Source: Deferrisomatales bacterium (lineage in GTDB: Bacteria > Desulfobacterota > Deferrisomatia > Deferrisomatales > JACRMM01). Taken from it: a stretch of DNA of 51,920 bases. The position numbers were made by a program, and so were the translations under genes. Numbering within the stretch: position 1 is the stretch's first letter; each line of letters begins with the position of its first letter. Positions 1 through 9,060 of this stretch are shown here, in pieces. Location of the stretch: positions 1 to 51,920 of the forward strand of contig JAWSUI010000026.1 in the NCBI GenBank assembly GCA_033551855.1. The letters run 5' to 3'. The notes under the pieces were generated by a model that saw nothing but the letters and a program-made list of their open reading frames with translations, did no database searches and was not told the origin of the DNA.

Positions 1-11
1 GGTTCGGGGTT

Positions 12-91
12 CAGCGTCCCAGCGTCCCAGCGTCCCAGCGTCCCGGCGTCCCGGCGTCCCAGCGTGCCAGCGTGCCAGCACTCCGGCGTCC
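12..91. repeat. 8-bp tandem repeat (C[AG]GCGT[CG]C) x10
   Basis: CAGCGTCC x4, CGGCGTCC x2, CAGCGTGC x2, CAGCACTC, CGGCGTCC read directly, 30 bp upstream of the aminotransferase start. Confidence 0.9.
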
Positions 92-121
92 TCATATCCT
101 GATGTTCCAGCGGAGCCCCCC

Positions 122-1294
122 ATGCGCATCTCGGACAAGGCCTCCCGGTTCACCGAATCGGTCATCCGCGAGATGACCCGCCGCGCCGCGGCCCACGGGG
201 CGGTGAACCTCGCCCAGGGGTTCCCCGACTTCCCCTGCCCCCAGGAGCTCAAGGACGCGGCCTGCCGGGCCTTGCAGGCCGACGTGAACCAGTACGCCAT
301 CACTTGGGGCGCCAAGGCCTTCCGAGACGCCCTGGCGGAGAAGACCCGGCACTTCCAGGGGACCGAGATCGACCCGGAAACCGAGATCACCGTCACCTGC
401 GGGTCCACCGAGGCCATGATCGCGACCCTTCTGGCCGTGGTGAACCCCGGGGACGAGGTCGTGGTCTTCGAGCCCTTCTACGAGAACTACGGCCCCGACG
501 CCGTCCTGTGCGGCGCCGCGCCCCGCTATGTCCCCCTGCGACCGGTGGCCGAGGGGGGCACGCTGGAATGGGGGTTCGACCCCGCTGAGCTCCGGGCCGC
601 CTTCGGGCCCCGCACCCGGGCCGTGATCCTGAACACCCCCAACAACCCGACGGGCAAGGTCTTTACCCGCTCCGAGCTCGAGGTCGTCGCCGGCCTGTGC
701 CGGGAGCTCGACGTCGTGGCGGTGACCGACGAGATCTACGAGCACATCACCTTCGACGGGTGCGAGCACGTGGCCCTGGCCACCCTGCCGGGGATGCGGG
801 AGCGCACCGTCACCATCAGCGGCATGAGCAAGACCTACTCGGTGACAGGCTGGCGGATCGGCTACGCCGTCGCACCCCCGGCCCTCACGGCGGCCATCCG
901 GAAGGTCCACGACTTCCTCACGGTGGGTGCCGCGGCGCCGCTCCAGGAGGCCGGCGTGACCGCCCTGGGCTTCCCGGAGGCCTACTACCGCGAACTCGCC
1001 GCCGTCTACCAGGGCAAGCGGGACCGGTTCCTCCCGGTGCTGGAACGGGTCGGCTTCCGGTGCTTTCGCCCCCGGGGCGCCTACTACGTGATGACCGACC
1101 TCTCGGCCCTCACCCGAAAGGGCGACACGGCCTTTGCCGAAGACCTGGTCCGGGACGCCCGGGTCGCCGTGGTGCCGGGGTCGAGCTTCTTCTCCGCGCC
1201 GGAGCTCGGCCGCGGGATCGTGCGGTTCTGCTTCTGCAAGAGGGACGAGACCCTCGACGAGGCGGCTCGCCGGCTCGAGAGGTGGGCGGGGTAG
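122..1294 (+). CDS. PLP-dependent aminotransferase class I/II (YbdL/DapC-like)
   Basis: NLAQGFPDF, NTPNNPTGKV, DEIYE, SKTYSVTGWRIGY (PLP lysine), VRFCFCK. Confidence 0.93.
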   Translation: MRISDKASRFTESVIREMTRRAAAHGAVNLAQGFPDFPCPQELKDAACRALQADVNQYAITWGAKAFRDALAEKTRHFQGTEIDPETEITVTCGSTEAMIATLLAVVNPGDEVVVFEPFYENYGPDAVLCGAAPRYVPLRPVAEGGTLEWGFDPAELRAAFGPRTRAVILNTPNNPTGKVFTRSELEVVAGLCRELDVVAVTDEIYEHITFDGCEHVALATLPGMRERTVTISGMSKTYSVTGWRIGYAVAPPALTAAIRKVHDFLTVGAAAPLQEAGVTALGFPEAYYRELAAVYQGKRDRFLPVLERVGFRCFRPRGAYYVMTDLSALTRKGDTAFAEDLVRDARVAVVPGSSFFSAPELGRGIVRFCFCKRDETLDEAARRLERWAG

Positions 1295-1335
1295 AAACCG
1301 GGGGACCGGGCGAGGACAGCGGGCCGGGGCCGCCT

Positions 1336-2166
1336 TTAACCGAGGAGGCGGCGCAACTCGGCGGACAGCACGGCGGAAGCCCGGTGCAGGTCCCGGTGGT
1401 AGTACCGGAGGAGGGGCTCGACCCGAGCGGCCCGCGAGACGTCGAGCTCCAGTGGATCCCCCCCATGGGTGCACAGGGTCCAGCTCCACTGCTCGGCGCC
1501 GTAGAGGGGCGCCGGCCCCACCAGGGGTGTGACCCGGGGGAAGACGGCCCGAAGCCGGCGCTGGATATCGAGGAAGAGCTCGAGGTCCAGGATCGGCGAC
1601 TCGCTCTGGGTCACGAAGACGCCCCGGCCCGCCAGGACCCGGGAACAGTGCCGGTAGAAGCCCTCCCCGAACAACCCTTCGGAGGGGCCAACCGGGTCAC
1701 TGCCGTCGACGATGACGACATCAAAGGAAGAGCTCGGGGCCTCCCGGACGTACGCCACCCCGTCGCCGAGCACCACCTCGAGGCGCGGGTCCCGCCAAGC
1801 CGCGCGCCCCAGGGGCAGGTGCTCCCGACACGCTTCCATCACCAGCCCGTCGATTTCGACCAGAACGCAGCTCCGCACTTCCGGGTGCCGCAGCACCTCC
1901 CGGGCCGTTCCACCGTCGCCCCCGCCGATCACGAGGACCCTCTCCGGGGAGGGTGCCGCGCACAGGGCAGGATGGGCGATCATCTCGTGGTAGAAGTGCT
2001 CGCCCCGCTCGCCGGTCTGGAAGACCCCGTCGAGGGCCAGGACCCTCCCATACTGGAGCGTCTCGTAAATGGCGATGGTCTGGTAGGCACTCCGGCCCTC
2101 GTACACGACGCGGCTTGCTCGAAGGCCGTAGCGAACCCGGTCGGCGAAGGTCTCCTCGCACCACAA
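1336..2166 (-). CDS. speE: spermidine synthase (polyamine aminopropyltransferase)
   Basis: S.YQ.I, LDG..Q, YHEMIAH, VLVIGGGDGG..RE, VEID, FDVVIVDGSDPVGP; TTG start uncertain. Confidence 0.93.
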   Translation of the reverse strand: MWCEETFADRVRYGLRASRVVYEGRSAYQTIAIYETLQYGRVLALDGVFQTGERGEHFYHEMIAHPALCAAPSPERVLVIGGGDGGTAREVLRHPEVRSCVLVEIDGLVMEACREHLPLGRAAWRDPRLEVVLGDGVAYVREAPSSSFDVVIVDGSDPVGPSEGLFGEGFYRHCSRVLAGRGVFVTQSESPILDLELFLDIQRRLRAVFPRVTPLVGPAPLYGAEQWSWTLCTHGGDPLELDVSRAARVEPLLRYYHRDLHRASAVLSAELRRLLG

Positions 2167-2181
2167 CGGCCGAGCCCCCCG

Positions 2182-2643
2182 TCAGTTGCCACGCGGGAGG
2201 GACGAAGGCGCGTCGAGCCCAACGGGAAGGCTCACGCTCCCCCGGCTGCTGTCGCCCCCCTCGGTTTCGTGGGCACGAACGGCGATGCCCCGTCCGGGGC
2301 CGGGGAGGCCGCGGTCGACGTGCAGCACCTCCGTGCGGCGGGCTCCAAGGTAGTCCCGCAGGAAATCGTGGGCCCGTTGGGGCTCGCAGTCGCCGCAGGT
2401 GTAGAAGTCCACCGCCGCATACCCGTGCTCGGGCCACGTGTGGATGGAGAGGTGCGACTCCTCCACGACCACAACGCCGGTCACTCCCTGGGGGGAAAAG
2501 GGGTGGAACACCGACGCGACGACCGTAGCGTCGGCTTGGACGGCGGCCTGCCGCATCGCGTCCTCGATGCCGTCGAGATCGTCGAGGGTGTCCCGGTCAC
2601 AGTCGCGATACTCCACCAGCAGGTGTCTGCCGAACGCCTTCAA
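2182..2643 (-). CDS. speD: S-adenosylmethionine decarboxylase proenzyme, class 1B, with about 40-aa C-terminal tail
   Basis: GRHLL, FHPFSPQGVTGVVVVEESHLSIHTWPEHGYAAVDFYTCG (ESH self-cleavage); TTG start 8 nt after GAGGAGG; adjacent to speE. Confidence 0.9.
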   Translation of the reverse strand: MKAFGRHLLVEYRDCDRDTLDDLDGIEDAMRQAAVQADATVVASVFHPFSPQGVTGVVVVEESHLSIHTWPEHGYAAVDFYTCGDCEPQRAHDFLRDYLGARRTEVLHVDRGLPGPGRGIAVRAHETEGGDSSRGSVSLPVGLDAPSSLPRGN

Positions 2644-2887
2644 TCCATGTGCCTCCTCTGGGGGCTCCGCACGAGCCCGGGGCTGAGCCCGCCGGGGATG
2701 GCCGAGTCTTCGGCCGGCAGTCCGCCGTGGGACGGGCTTCACCGCTGGCCGGGACCTCCGCCGCTGCGTTCCCGATTCAAACAGACACCGCGCCCTCTGG
2801 CAAGCTCTTTGGGTCGGGCCCGTGCCTCACCGGCTCTCCCCTCCGGCAAGGAGAGGCCGTTCCCGTGAGCACCGGTTCGGGAGTTCC

Positions 2888-3364
2888 TTACGGTTCCGCC
2901 TCGAGGTCCTTCTCCGCCTTCTCCCAGCTTCCCTTCAGAGCGTCGTATGCGTCGGAGAAGCCCTTCTTCGTCCGCTCCCACGCCTCCTGGGAGCTGTGCT
3001 GCAAGCCCCCGTACCACTCCGCCACGGTGTTTCGCTGCCTTCGGAGGGCTTCGAGGGTGGCGGCAGCCCTTTCCCGTGCCGTTTCGTCCATTTCCGCCCA
3101 CTTCGCCTTGGTCTGCTGCTCCAAACGGTCCAGGCGGGCATCCAGGGCATCCAGGGCGGGTTTCGCCTTCTTGACCGCCTCGTCCCGCTGCTCCGCCGAG
3201 TACGCCCCCAGGGCGCGGGCCGTCTCGGCCAATTGCCGCTTCACGTCCTCGAAGGTGGCCTTCTCGCCGCTCTCCTCGGCCCATCCGGCCCCAGCCCCCG
3301 CCCCGAGCACCAGAGCGACGCCGACGAGGACCCCCACGAACTTCTTCCAAGCGCTTCCCGCCAT
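2888..3364 (-). CDS. exported coiled-coil hypothetical protein (158 aa)
   Basis: MAGSAWKK + hydrophobic stretch + AWA signal-like N-terminus, GGAGG RBS, helical charged body; N-terminal part of ORF 2888..3940 overlaps pirin and is discarded. Confidence 0.75.
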   Translation of the reverse strand: MAGSAWKKFVGVLVGVALVLGAGAGAGWAEESGEKATFEDVKRQLAETARALGAYSAEQRDEAVKKAKPALDALDARLDRLEQQTKAKWAEMDETARERAAATLEALRRQRNTVAEWYGGLQHSSQEAWERTKKGFSDAYDALKGSWEKAEKDLEAEP

Positions 3365-3387
3365 GTCGAGCCTCCTCCCCGGCCCCT

Positions 3388-4299
3388 TCAAGGGACCCGG
3401 TGTCTGAGAAACGTCCCCTGCCGGTACTCCTCGAAAGCGACCCTTAGCTCCTCCTGAGTGTTCATGACGATGGGACCGTACCAGGCCACCGGTTCGCCGA
3501 GGGGTCTCCCGGAGGCGAAGAGGAACCGTACCGGCTCCCCCTCGGCGGAGACGGTGACCTGTTCGCCGTCGCCGAAGAGGACCAGCGTGCCGTCCGGCAG
3601 GAGGGGGTCGCGCTCCAGGTCGAAGTAGTTGCTCCCCTCGACGTCGTAGGAGTAGGGCTTCCCCTCCTCGCAGAACAGTCCGCGGCCCTCGATCACGTAG
3701 GCGAATGCCGTGTGCCCGGGTTCGGTGGGGTGGGACCAAGCCCCCCCAGGAGGGATCCGCACGTCCAGGTACTCGGGGTCGGTGACGATGTCCCGAACCG
3801 GCCCCCAGACGTCCCCGACCCTCCCACAGATCACCTTGGCGCTCACCCCCCCCGGAAGCGCGGCCGTGGGGATCTGGGCGCTGCGCACGTCCCGGTAGCG
3901 GGGCTCGGTCATCTTCTCCGCCGCGGGCAGGTTGGCCCACAGCTGGAAACCGAGCATGGCGCCCTCAGGATCCCCCTTGGGCATCTCCTGGTGGACGATG
4001 CCGCTCCCGGCCGTCATCCACTGGACGTCGCCGGCGCGAATCACCCCCCGGTTGCCCAGGCTGTCCCCGTGCTCGACGTCGCCCCCGAGCACGTAGGTGA
4101 TGGTCTCGATGCCCCGGTGGGGGTGCCAGGGGAAGCCCGGCAGGTAGTGCTCGGGCTCCCGGGACCGGAAGTCGTCCAACAGGAGGAAGGGGTCGAAGAG
4201 CGGCACCTGGCTGAACCCGAAGGCCCGCTTCAGGTGCACCCCGGCACCCTCGACCGTGGGCTTGCTGTGAAAGACCTTTCGGATTCTTCTCGTGACCAC
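3388..4299 (-). CDS. pirin family protein
   Basis: FDPFLLLDDF, GFPWHPHRGIETITY, QWMTAGSGIVHQE, GFQLWANLP, GPIVMNT; GTG start after GGAGGA. Confidence 0.93.
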   Translation of the reverse strand: MVTRRIRKVFHSKPTVEGAGVHLKRAFGFSQVPLFDPFLLLDDFRSREPEHYLPGFPWHPHRGIETITYVLGGDVEHGDSLGNRGVIRAGDVQWMTAGSGIVHQEMPKGDPEGAMLGFQLWANLPAAEKMTEPRYRDVRSAQIPTAALPGGVSAKVICGRVGDVWGPVRDIVTDPEYLDVRIPPGGAWSHPTEPGHTAFAYVIEGRGLFCEEGKPYSYDVEGSNYFDLERDPLLPDGTLVLFGDGEQVTVSAEGEPVRFLFASGRPLGEPVAWYGPIVMNTQEELRVAFEEYRQGTFLRHRVP

Positions 4300-4426
4300 G
4301 ACGTTCCTCCTCCCCGCGGGAGCCCCCCGGCCCGCCCAGTGTGCCCGTAACGGCGCACACGTCAAGCGGCGGGCAACCCGGGCAGCCGCCACGGGGCCTG
4401 TCTACCGCCAGTCCGGCAGGGAAAGC

Positions 4427-4455
4427 TTTACAAGACCAACCGGTCGGTATATTTT
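4427..4455 (+). promoter_or_regulatory. sigma70-like promoter with TetR-type palindromic operator; probably leaderless tetR mRNA
   Basis: TTTACA-N17-TATTTT enclosing near-perfect palindrome ACCAACCGGTCGGT (4435-4448); ATG 7 nt after the -10 and no RBS. Confidence 0.6.
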
Positions 4456-4462
4456 GCCCCCC

Positions 4463-5080
4463 ATGACGACCAAAGGAGAGAAGACCCGCCAGGAGATCGT
4501 GGGGGCAGCGCTCCAACTCTTCTCGCGCCGGGGCTACTCGAGCACGTCCGTTGCCGATGTGCTCGCAGCGACCGGGATCACCAAGGGGGGGCTCTACGGG
4601 CACTTTCGGAGCAAGGAAGACTTGTGGCATGCCGCGTATGCGCGCACGGTGCATGTCTGGCGCGCCCTCGTGTTCCGAGGGGTTCGGGAAATCGCGGATC
4701 CCCTGGAGCGGATCGCCCGGACCGTCGAGAACGACCTTCGGGACTACATCGGGGGGGAAGCCCTCGGGGGAAGGTGCTTCTTCTTCTCGATGCTGGTGGA
4801 GCTCGCAGGCCAACCAGGGCCCATGTGCGACCGGATCCTCAGCGGTTTCCGGGCCTTCTCCGGCCTCCTGCAGTCATGGCTCGAGGAGGCGGACCGGGGT
4901 GGGGTCCTGCGCCCGGGCATCGACCATCGGGAGGTCGCCGACTTCCTCGTCACCTCCATCAACGGGGCCGCCGCCCTGTATGCTGCGGGGCGCGACCCCC
5001 GGCTGCTGGAGGACACGATCCGCCAGGTGCGGCTCCACCTGGAGGCCCTTCGCCCTGCCCCGGGCCCGTCGCCGGGGTGA
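4463..5080 (+). CDS. TetR/AcrR family transcriptional regulator
   Basis: N-terminal HTH: GYSSTSVADVLAATGITKGGLYGHFRSKEDL. Confidence 0.93.
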   Translation: MTTKGEKTRQEIVGAALQLFSRRGYSSTSVADVLAATGITKGGLYGHFRSKEDLWHAAYARTVHVWRALVFRGVREIADPLERIARTVENDLRDYIGGEALGGRCFFFSMLVELAGQPGPMCDRILSGFRAFSGLLQSWLEEADRGGVLRPGIDHREVADFLVTSINGAAALYAAGRDPRLLEDTIRQVRLHLEALRPAPGPSPG

Positions 5081-5093
5081 GAGGAGACCCGCC

Positions 5094-5864
5094 GTGGAGA
5101 AGGAAACGATCCGCCGTTTCGCCCTGGACCTCGGGGTCGACGCCGTGGGGTTCGCGGCGGCAGAGGACTACCGAAGCCCCATCTCCCCCCCGCTGGAGAG
5201 CCTGTTCCCCGGGGTGCGGTCCCTCGTCGTCCTGGGGTACCGGGAGCTCTCGACCTGCGAGAGCCCCAGCCCGCAGCTCGCCATGACGGGACGTCTGGAG
5301 CTCATGGAATTCACCCGGTCCTGCGACTACCAGGTCGCCCGCTTCCTGGAGCGGTCGGGAGCCCGGGCCATGACCGTCCCGGTCTCCTATCCCCTGGTCA
5401 TGAGCGAGGAGACGAAGGGCAGCGTGGGGGAGGTCAGCCTGCGCCACGCGGCGGTGGCCGCGGGGCTGGGTCGATTTGGGCGCCACAATCTGGTCCTCCA
5501 CCCCGAGCTGGGCAGTCGGGTGATCTTCTCCGCCGTGCTCACCGACGCCGCCCTGCCTTCGGACCCGCCGGTGGAGGAGGACCTCTGCACCCAGTGCGGC
5601 CTGTGCGTGGAGGCGTGTCCCTCGGGGGCGTTCGCCGAGGGGGGCAAGACCGATGTGATGAAGTGCATCAAGACGTCCCAGCCCTACGGCATCGGGGGAG
5701 CCATCCGATTCTGGTCCCGCTACGCGGACGCCGCCGCCGAGGAACGCAAGGCCATGCTCAAGGACCCCCACTACTGGCGCCTCTACCAGGCGGGTTTCAT
5801 CGGCTTTCAGTACTTCTGCTTCCGCTGCCTGGCCGCGTGCCCGGAGGGGCGTGGGCGTGCCTGA
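5094..5864 (+). CDS. epoxyqueuosine-reductase/RdhA-fold-like 2x[4Fe-4S] protein
   Basis: LGVDAVGFA, SLRHAAVAAGLGRFGRHNLVLHPELGSRV, CTQCGLCVEACP, C-terminal CFRCLAACP; GTG start after GAGGAG. Confidence 0.8.
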   Translation: MEKETIRRFALDLGVDAVGFAAAEDYRSPISPPLESLFPGVRSLVVLGYRELSTCESPSPQLAMTGRLELMEFTRSCDYQVARFLERSGARAMTVPVSYPLVMSEETKGSVGEVSLRHAAVAAGLGRFGRHNLVLHPELGSRVIFSAVLTDAALPSDPPVEEDLCTQCGLCVEACPSGAFAEGGKTDVMKCIKTSQPYGIGGAIRFWSRYADAAAEERKAMLKDPHYWRLYQAGFIGFQYFCFRCLAACPEGRGRA

Positions 5865-6837
5865 GCCCAGCCGCGGGGCAGGACCCGCCGCCGGGACACC
5901 CGGAGGCGGCCCGGCTGGGACCGAGATCCTCGAGGGGCTGTTCTTCATCGAGCGCGGCTATCTGAGCGGAAACCACTTCGCCTGCCGCTCGCCCGCGCCG
6001 GTGCTCATCGACACGGCGTACGCCTCGGAAATCCCCAAGACCCTCGCCGGCCTGGACGCCCTCGGGGTCCCCTGGCGGGAGACCCGGCTGATCATCTCGA
6101 CCCACGCCCACTGCGACCACGTAGGGGCCAACCGCGCGATCCAGGGGGCCTCCGGGTGCGAGATCGCCCTCCACGCAGCGGGCAAGGCATTTCTGGACGC
6201 AGGGGACCGCAGGGGGCCCTGGTGGGACTACTACCACCAGGAGGCGGCGCCCTTTGCGTGCACCCGGGCCTTGGAGGACGGGGAGGAGATCCCCGTGGGC
6301 CCTCACCGCTTTCGGCTGCTCCACACGCCGGGCCACGCGGCCGACGGCATCGTGCTGTACGAGCCGCATGCGAAGGTGCTCCTCTCCTCCGACACCCTGT
6401 GGGAGCGGGACATCCCGGTGATCACGGAGGCCGTGGAGGGGGACGGGGCGCTGGACGCCCTCCTCGGGTCCCTGGAGCGGCTCGAGGCCCTGGAGGTCCG
6501 CCGGGTGTTCCCGGGTCACGGAAGGCCCTTCTCCGACATGCGCGGCGCCCTGGCCCGAGCCAGGGCGCGCCTCGCGGCCTACGGCGCGGATCGACGCCGG
6601 GTGGGGGAGGATCTGGTCAAGCGCATCCTCGTGTACACCCTGCTCATGCGAGGGGACTTCGCCGAGGAGGAGCTACTCCCTCATCTCCTCGGCACGGCGT
6701 GGTTCCCGGACACGGTGGTTCGGTACTTCGGGCCCGGCCGTGAACGAGAGACTTACCGGGAGACCGTGGGAGCGCTGCAGCGCCGCGGAGCGCTCCGACG
6801 GGAGGGGGGGAGGATCCTCACCACCGTGCGGCCCTGA
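5851..6837 (+). CDS. MBL-fold metallo-hydrolase
   Basis: LIDT, THAHCDHVG, HTPGH, SD, FPGHG metal motifs; overlaps upstream stop. Confidence 0.9.
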   Translation: MGVPEPSRGAGPAAGTPGGGPAGTEILEGLFFIERGYLSGNHFACRSPAPVLIDTAYASEIPKTLAGLDALGVPWRETRLIISTHAHCDHVGANRAIQGASGCEIALHAAGKAFLDAGDRRGPWWDYYHQEAAPFACTRALEDGEEIPVGPHRFRLLHTPGHAADGIVLYEPHAKVLLSSDTLWERDIPVITEAVEGDGALDALLGSLERLEALEVRRVFPGHGRPFSDMRGALARARARLAAYGADRRRVGEDLVKRILVYTLLMRGDFAEEELLPHLLGTAWFPDTVVRYFGPGRERETYRETVGALQRRGALRREGGRILTTVRP

Positions 6838-6856
6838 ATCCGGCGCACCTCCTGCC

Positions 6857-7104
6857 TCAGGGATCCCGGCTCCAGAGCAGCTCTGCGTCTCGCCACACTC
6901 GCGGGACCCAGTGGAACGGAAAACAGCCCCCGACGGGCCCTTGAGATCGCAGGAAGACCGGTTCCCGGTCTCGACAACCACATCCTGAAGCGGCACCCGG
7001 ACGATCTCCTCCCGCACCCGGTCCCGGTATCCGACCCGGAAACTCCCCTGGCGGAAGTCGGAGTCCCAACGGATGCGCCCGAGAAGGTCCCGGAGAGTCT
7101 GCAG
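6857..7104 (-). pseudogene. DUF504 (MJ1316-like) family gene with frameshift and CTG start
   Basis: One frame gives LRDLLGRIRWDSDFRQGSFRVGYRDRVREEIVRVP; the family-type C-terminus PFHWVPRVWRDAELLWSR* lies in another frame (shift near 6920); strong RBS AAGGAGGGGAGG before CTG. Confidence 0.7.
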
Positions 7105-7273
7105 CCTCCCCCTCCTTTCCGGCCTTCCGAGCCGTGGGCGTGGATTGGCCCTCTGGGGGGCCTCTCGCGTAGTATACGCCGCCGGCAAGGAGGAGCCCCC
7201 CGGCTGGGGAGCTCCTCCGGCTGCCGTCACCGGTTCCAAGGGGTGGGCCCCACGCCCACAGGGAGGTACGTCC

Positions 7274-8479
7274 GTGGTCGATCGGCGGCGGGCTTGGGCG
7301 ATCTTCGGGGTCATGTCCCTGATGTACTGCTTCTCCCAGTTCTACCGGGTGTCCACCGCCCTGATCGCCGTGGACCTCGCGGCCGAGTTCGGCTTGGGCC
7401 CGGACGAGCTCGCCCTCTTGGGGGGCATGTTCTTCTACGCCTTTGCCCTGGCCCAGTTCCCCCTGGGCCCCGCCCTCGACCGCTGGGGCGCCAGGACCAT
7501 CGTCGTCGGGGCTGCGTCGCTGTGCGCTCTGGGTTCGGCCCTGTTCGCGCTCACCGACTCCTGGGGCGGCCTCCTGGCCGGACGGGCGCTCATGGGACTC
7601 GGGATGGCCCCAGTCCTGATGGGTTCCCTCAAGCTCTTGGCGGAGTGGTTCCCGGCGGGCGCCTTCGGCACGGTGTCCGGCCTGATCCTGTCCCTCGGAA
7701 CGGTCGGCGCCCTCCTGGCGGCCACCCCCCTGGCCGGCCTCGTGGCCTGGCTGGGTTGGCGCGGCACCTTCCTCGCCTTCGCCGCCCTGACTCTCCTGGC
7801 CGCCGCCGCGATCCACAGGACGGTGAAGGAGCGCCCCGACGGCGCGGCGCCCGCCCCGATCCCCCGGGAGGGGAGGGGCGGTCTGCGCCACGTCCTCGGG
7901 CTGCCCAGCTTCTGGCTCACGGCGCCGCTGGCGCTCGTGGGCTACGCGTCGGTGGCCAGCCTGCAGGGGCTCTGGGCGGGACCGTACTTCATGGAGTCCC
8001 TCTCCTACACGCGGACGGAGGCGGGCAACATCCTGCTGGCGCTGGGGCTCGCCACGGCGGTGGGGAGCTCGGTGGGGGGCTGGCTCTCCGATCGGATCCG
8101 ATCGCGAAAGTGGGTCGTGACCGGCGGCAACGCCGTGTCCATCCTGTGCTTCATACCCCTCGTGGGGATCGGGACCCCGAGCTCCGCCGCCGGGTGGACG
8201 GCGGTCTTCGCCGTGCTGGGGTTCTTCTCCGCTTTCCGGGTGCTCTTGTACGCCCACGTGAAGGAGTCGGTCCCGCCCCACCTCGTTGGCACGGCGGTGA
8301 CCGCCATCAACTTCTTCATCATGGTGGGACCCGCCCTGGTCCAGCAGGTGATGGGGACGATCCTCGAGGGCTCCCCCGGCAACTACGAGGCCGCCTTCCT
8401 GTTCCCCCTGCTCACCTTGGCGGTCGGCTCGGGCCTCTACCTCTTGACCCGGGAGGCCCGGCCGGGGCGGACGACCTGA
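7274..8479 (+). CDS. MFS transporter
   Basis: About 12 hydrophobic segments, motif A GPALDRWGAR and GWLSDRIRSRK; GTG after GGGAGG. Confidence 0.92.
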   Translation: MVDRRRAWAIFGVMSLMYCFSQFYRVSTALIAVDLAAEFGLGPDELALLGGMFFYAFALAQFPLGPALDRWGARTIVVGAASLCALGSALFALTDSWGGLLAGRALMGLGMAPVLMGSLKLLAEWFPAGAFGTVSGLILSLGTVGALLAATPLAGLVAWLGWRGTFLAFAALTLLAAAAIHRTVKERPDGAAPAPIPREGRGGLRHVLGLPSFWLTAPLALVGYASVASLQGLWAGPYFMESLSYTRTEAGNILLALGLATAVGSSVGGWLSDRIRSRKWVVTGGNAVSILCFIPLVGIGTPSSAAGWTAVFAVLGFFSAFRVLLYAHVKESVPPHLVGTAVTAINFFIMVGPALVQQVMGTILEGSPGNYEAAFLFPLLTLAVGSGLYLLTREARPGRTT

Positions 8480-8605
8480 TGCCGTCCGCCGCACCACGGC
8501 CGGACGAGCCTCCTCCCCGTCTCCCCGGCACGCCGTCGGGACCGTTGTGCCCCCGGGCGCGTCTTGGCTCCCCGGAGGTACCGGGCGGAATTCTGGGACG
8601 GGGCG

Positions 8606-8633
8606 TTGACGAAGGGTAGAGCGCTGGTATCAT
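8606..8633 (+). promoter_or_regulatory. sigma70-like promoter
   Basis: TTGACG-N16-TATCAT with TG extension, 50 bp before response regulator ATG. Confidence 0.55.
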
Positions 8634-8682
8634 GGCCGCGATCGGCCTGGGAGGACTGCCGCACGGAGCGAGGAGGAGCCGG

Positions 8683-9060
8683 ATGTTCACGATTTTGGTG
8701 GTCGACGACGAGGAGAGCATCCGCACCCTGTACCAGGCCGAGCTCCAGGAGGAGGGCTACCGGGTCTTGTGCGCAGCCGACGGCGCCGCGGCCAAGAAGC
8801 TGCTCGCCGACCACCCGGTGGACCTGATGGTCCTCGACATCAAACTCCGCGGCGAGAGCGGGCTCCAGATCCTCCAGGAGGTCACGCGCCAGCACCAGCA
8901 ACTCCCCGTGGTCCTCTCCACCGCCTACGGCTCGTTCAAGGACGACTTCTCCTCCTGGCTCGCGGACGCCTACGTGGTGAAGTCCGGCAACCTCAAGGAG
9001 CTCAAGGCGGAGGTGGCCCGGGTGCTCGAGAGGCGCTACGGGGGAACCCGGCCCCACTGA
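8683..9060 (+). CDS. single-domain response regulator (REC)
   Basis: ILVVDDEE, LMVLDIKL (phospho-Asp), STAY, YVVKS; GAGGAGG RBS. Confidence 0.92.
   Translation: MFTILVVDDEESIRTLYQAELQEEGYRVLCAADGAAAKKLLADHPVDLMVLDIKLRGESGLQILQEVTRQHQQLPVVLSTAYGSFKDDFSSWLADAYVVKSGNLKELKAEVARVLERRYGGTRPH

Noticed and set aside
2182..2184. UGA between speD and speE as selenocysteine
   Set aside because: Lies in a linker rather than a catalytic Cys position and no convincing SECIS hairpin follows; kept only as a possible split fusion or read-through
697..2868. Long alternative-frame and antisense ORFs (also 9203-11650, 13304-15541, 25064-27562, 29348-31702, 43974-46739 and others)
   Set aside because: Arg/Gly/Pro-rich shadows of real genes, expected from stop-codon scarcity at high GC; no recognisable motifs
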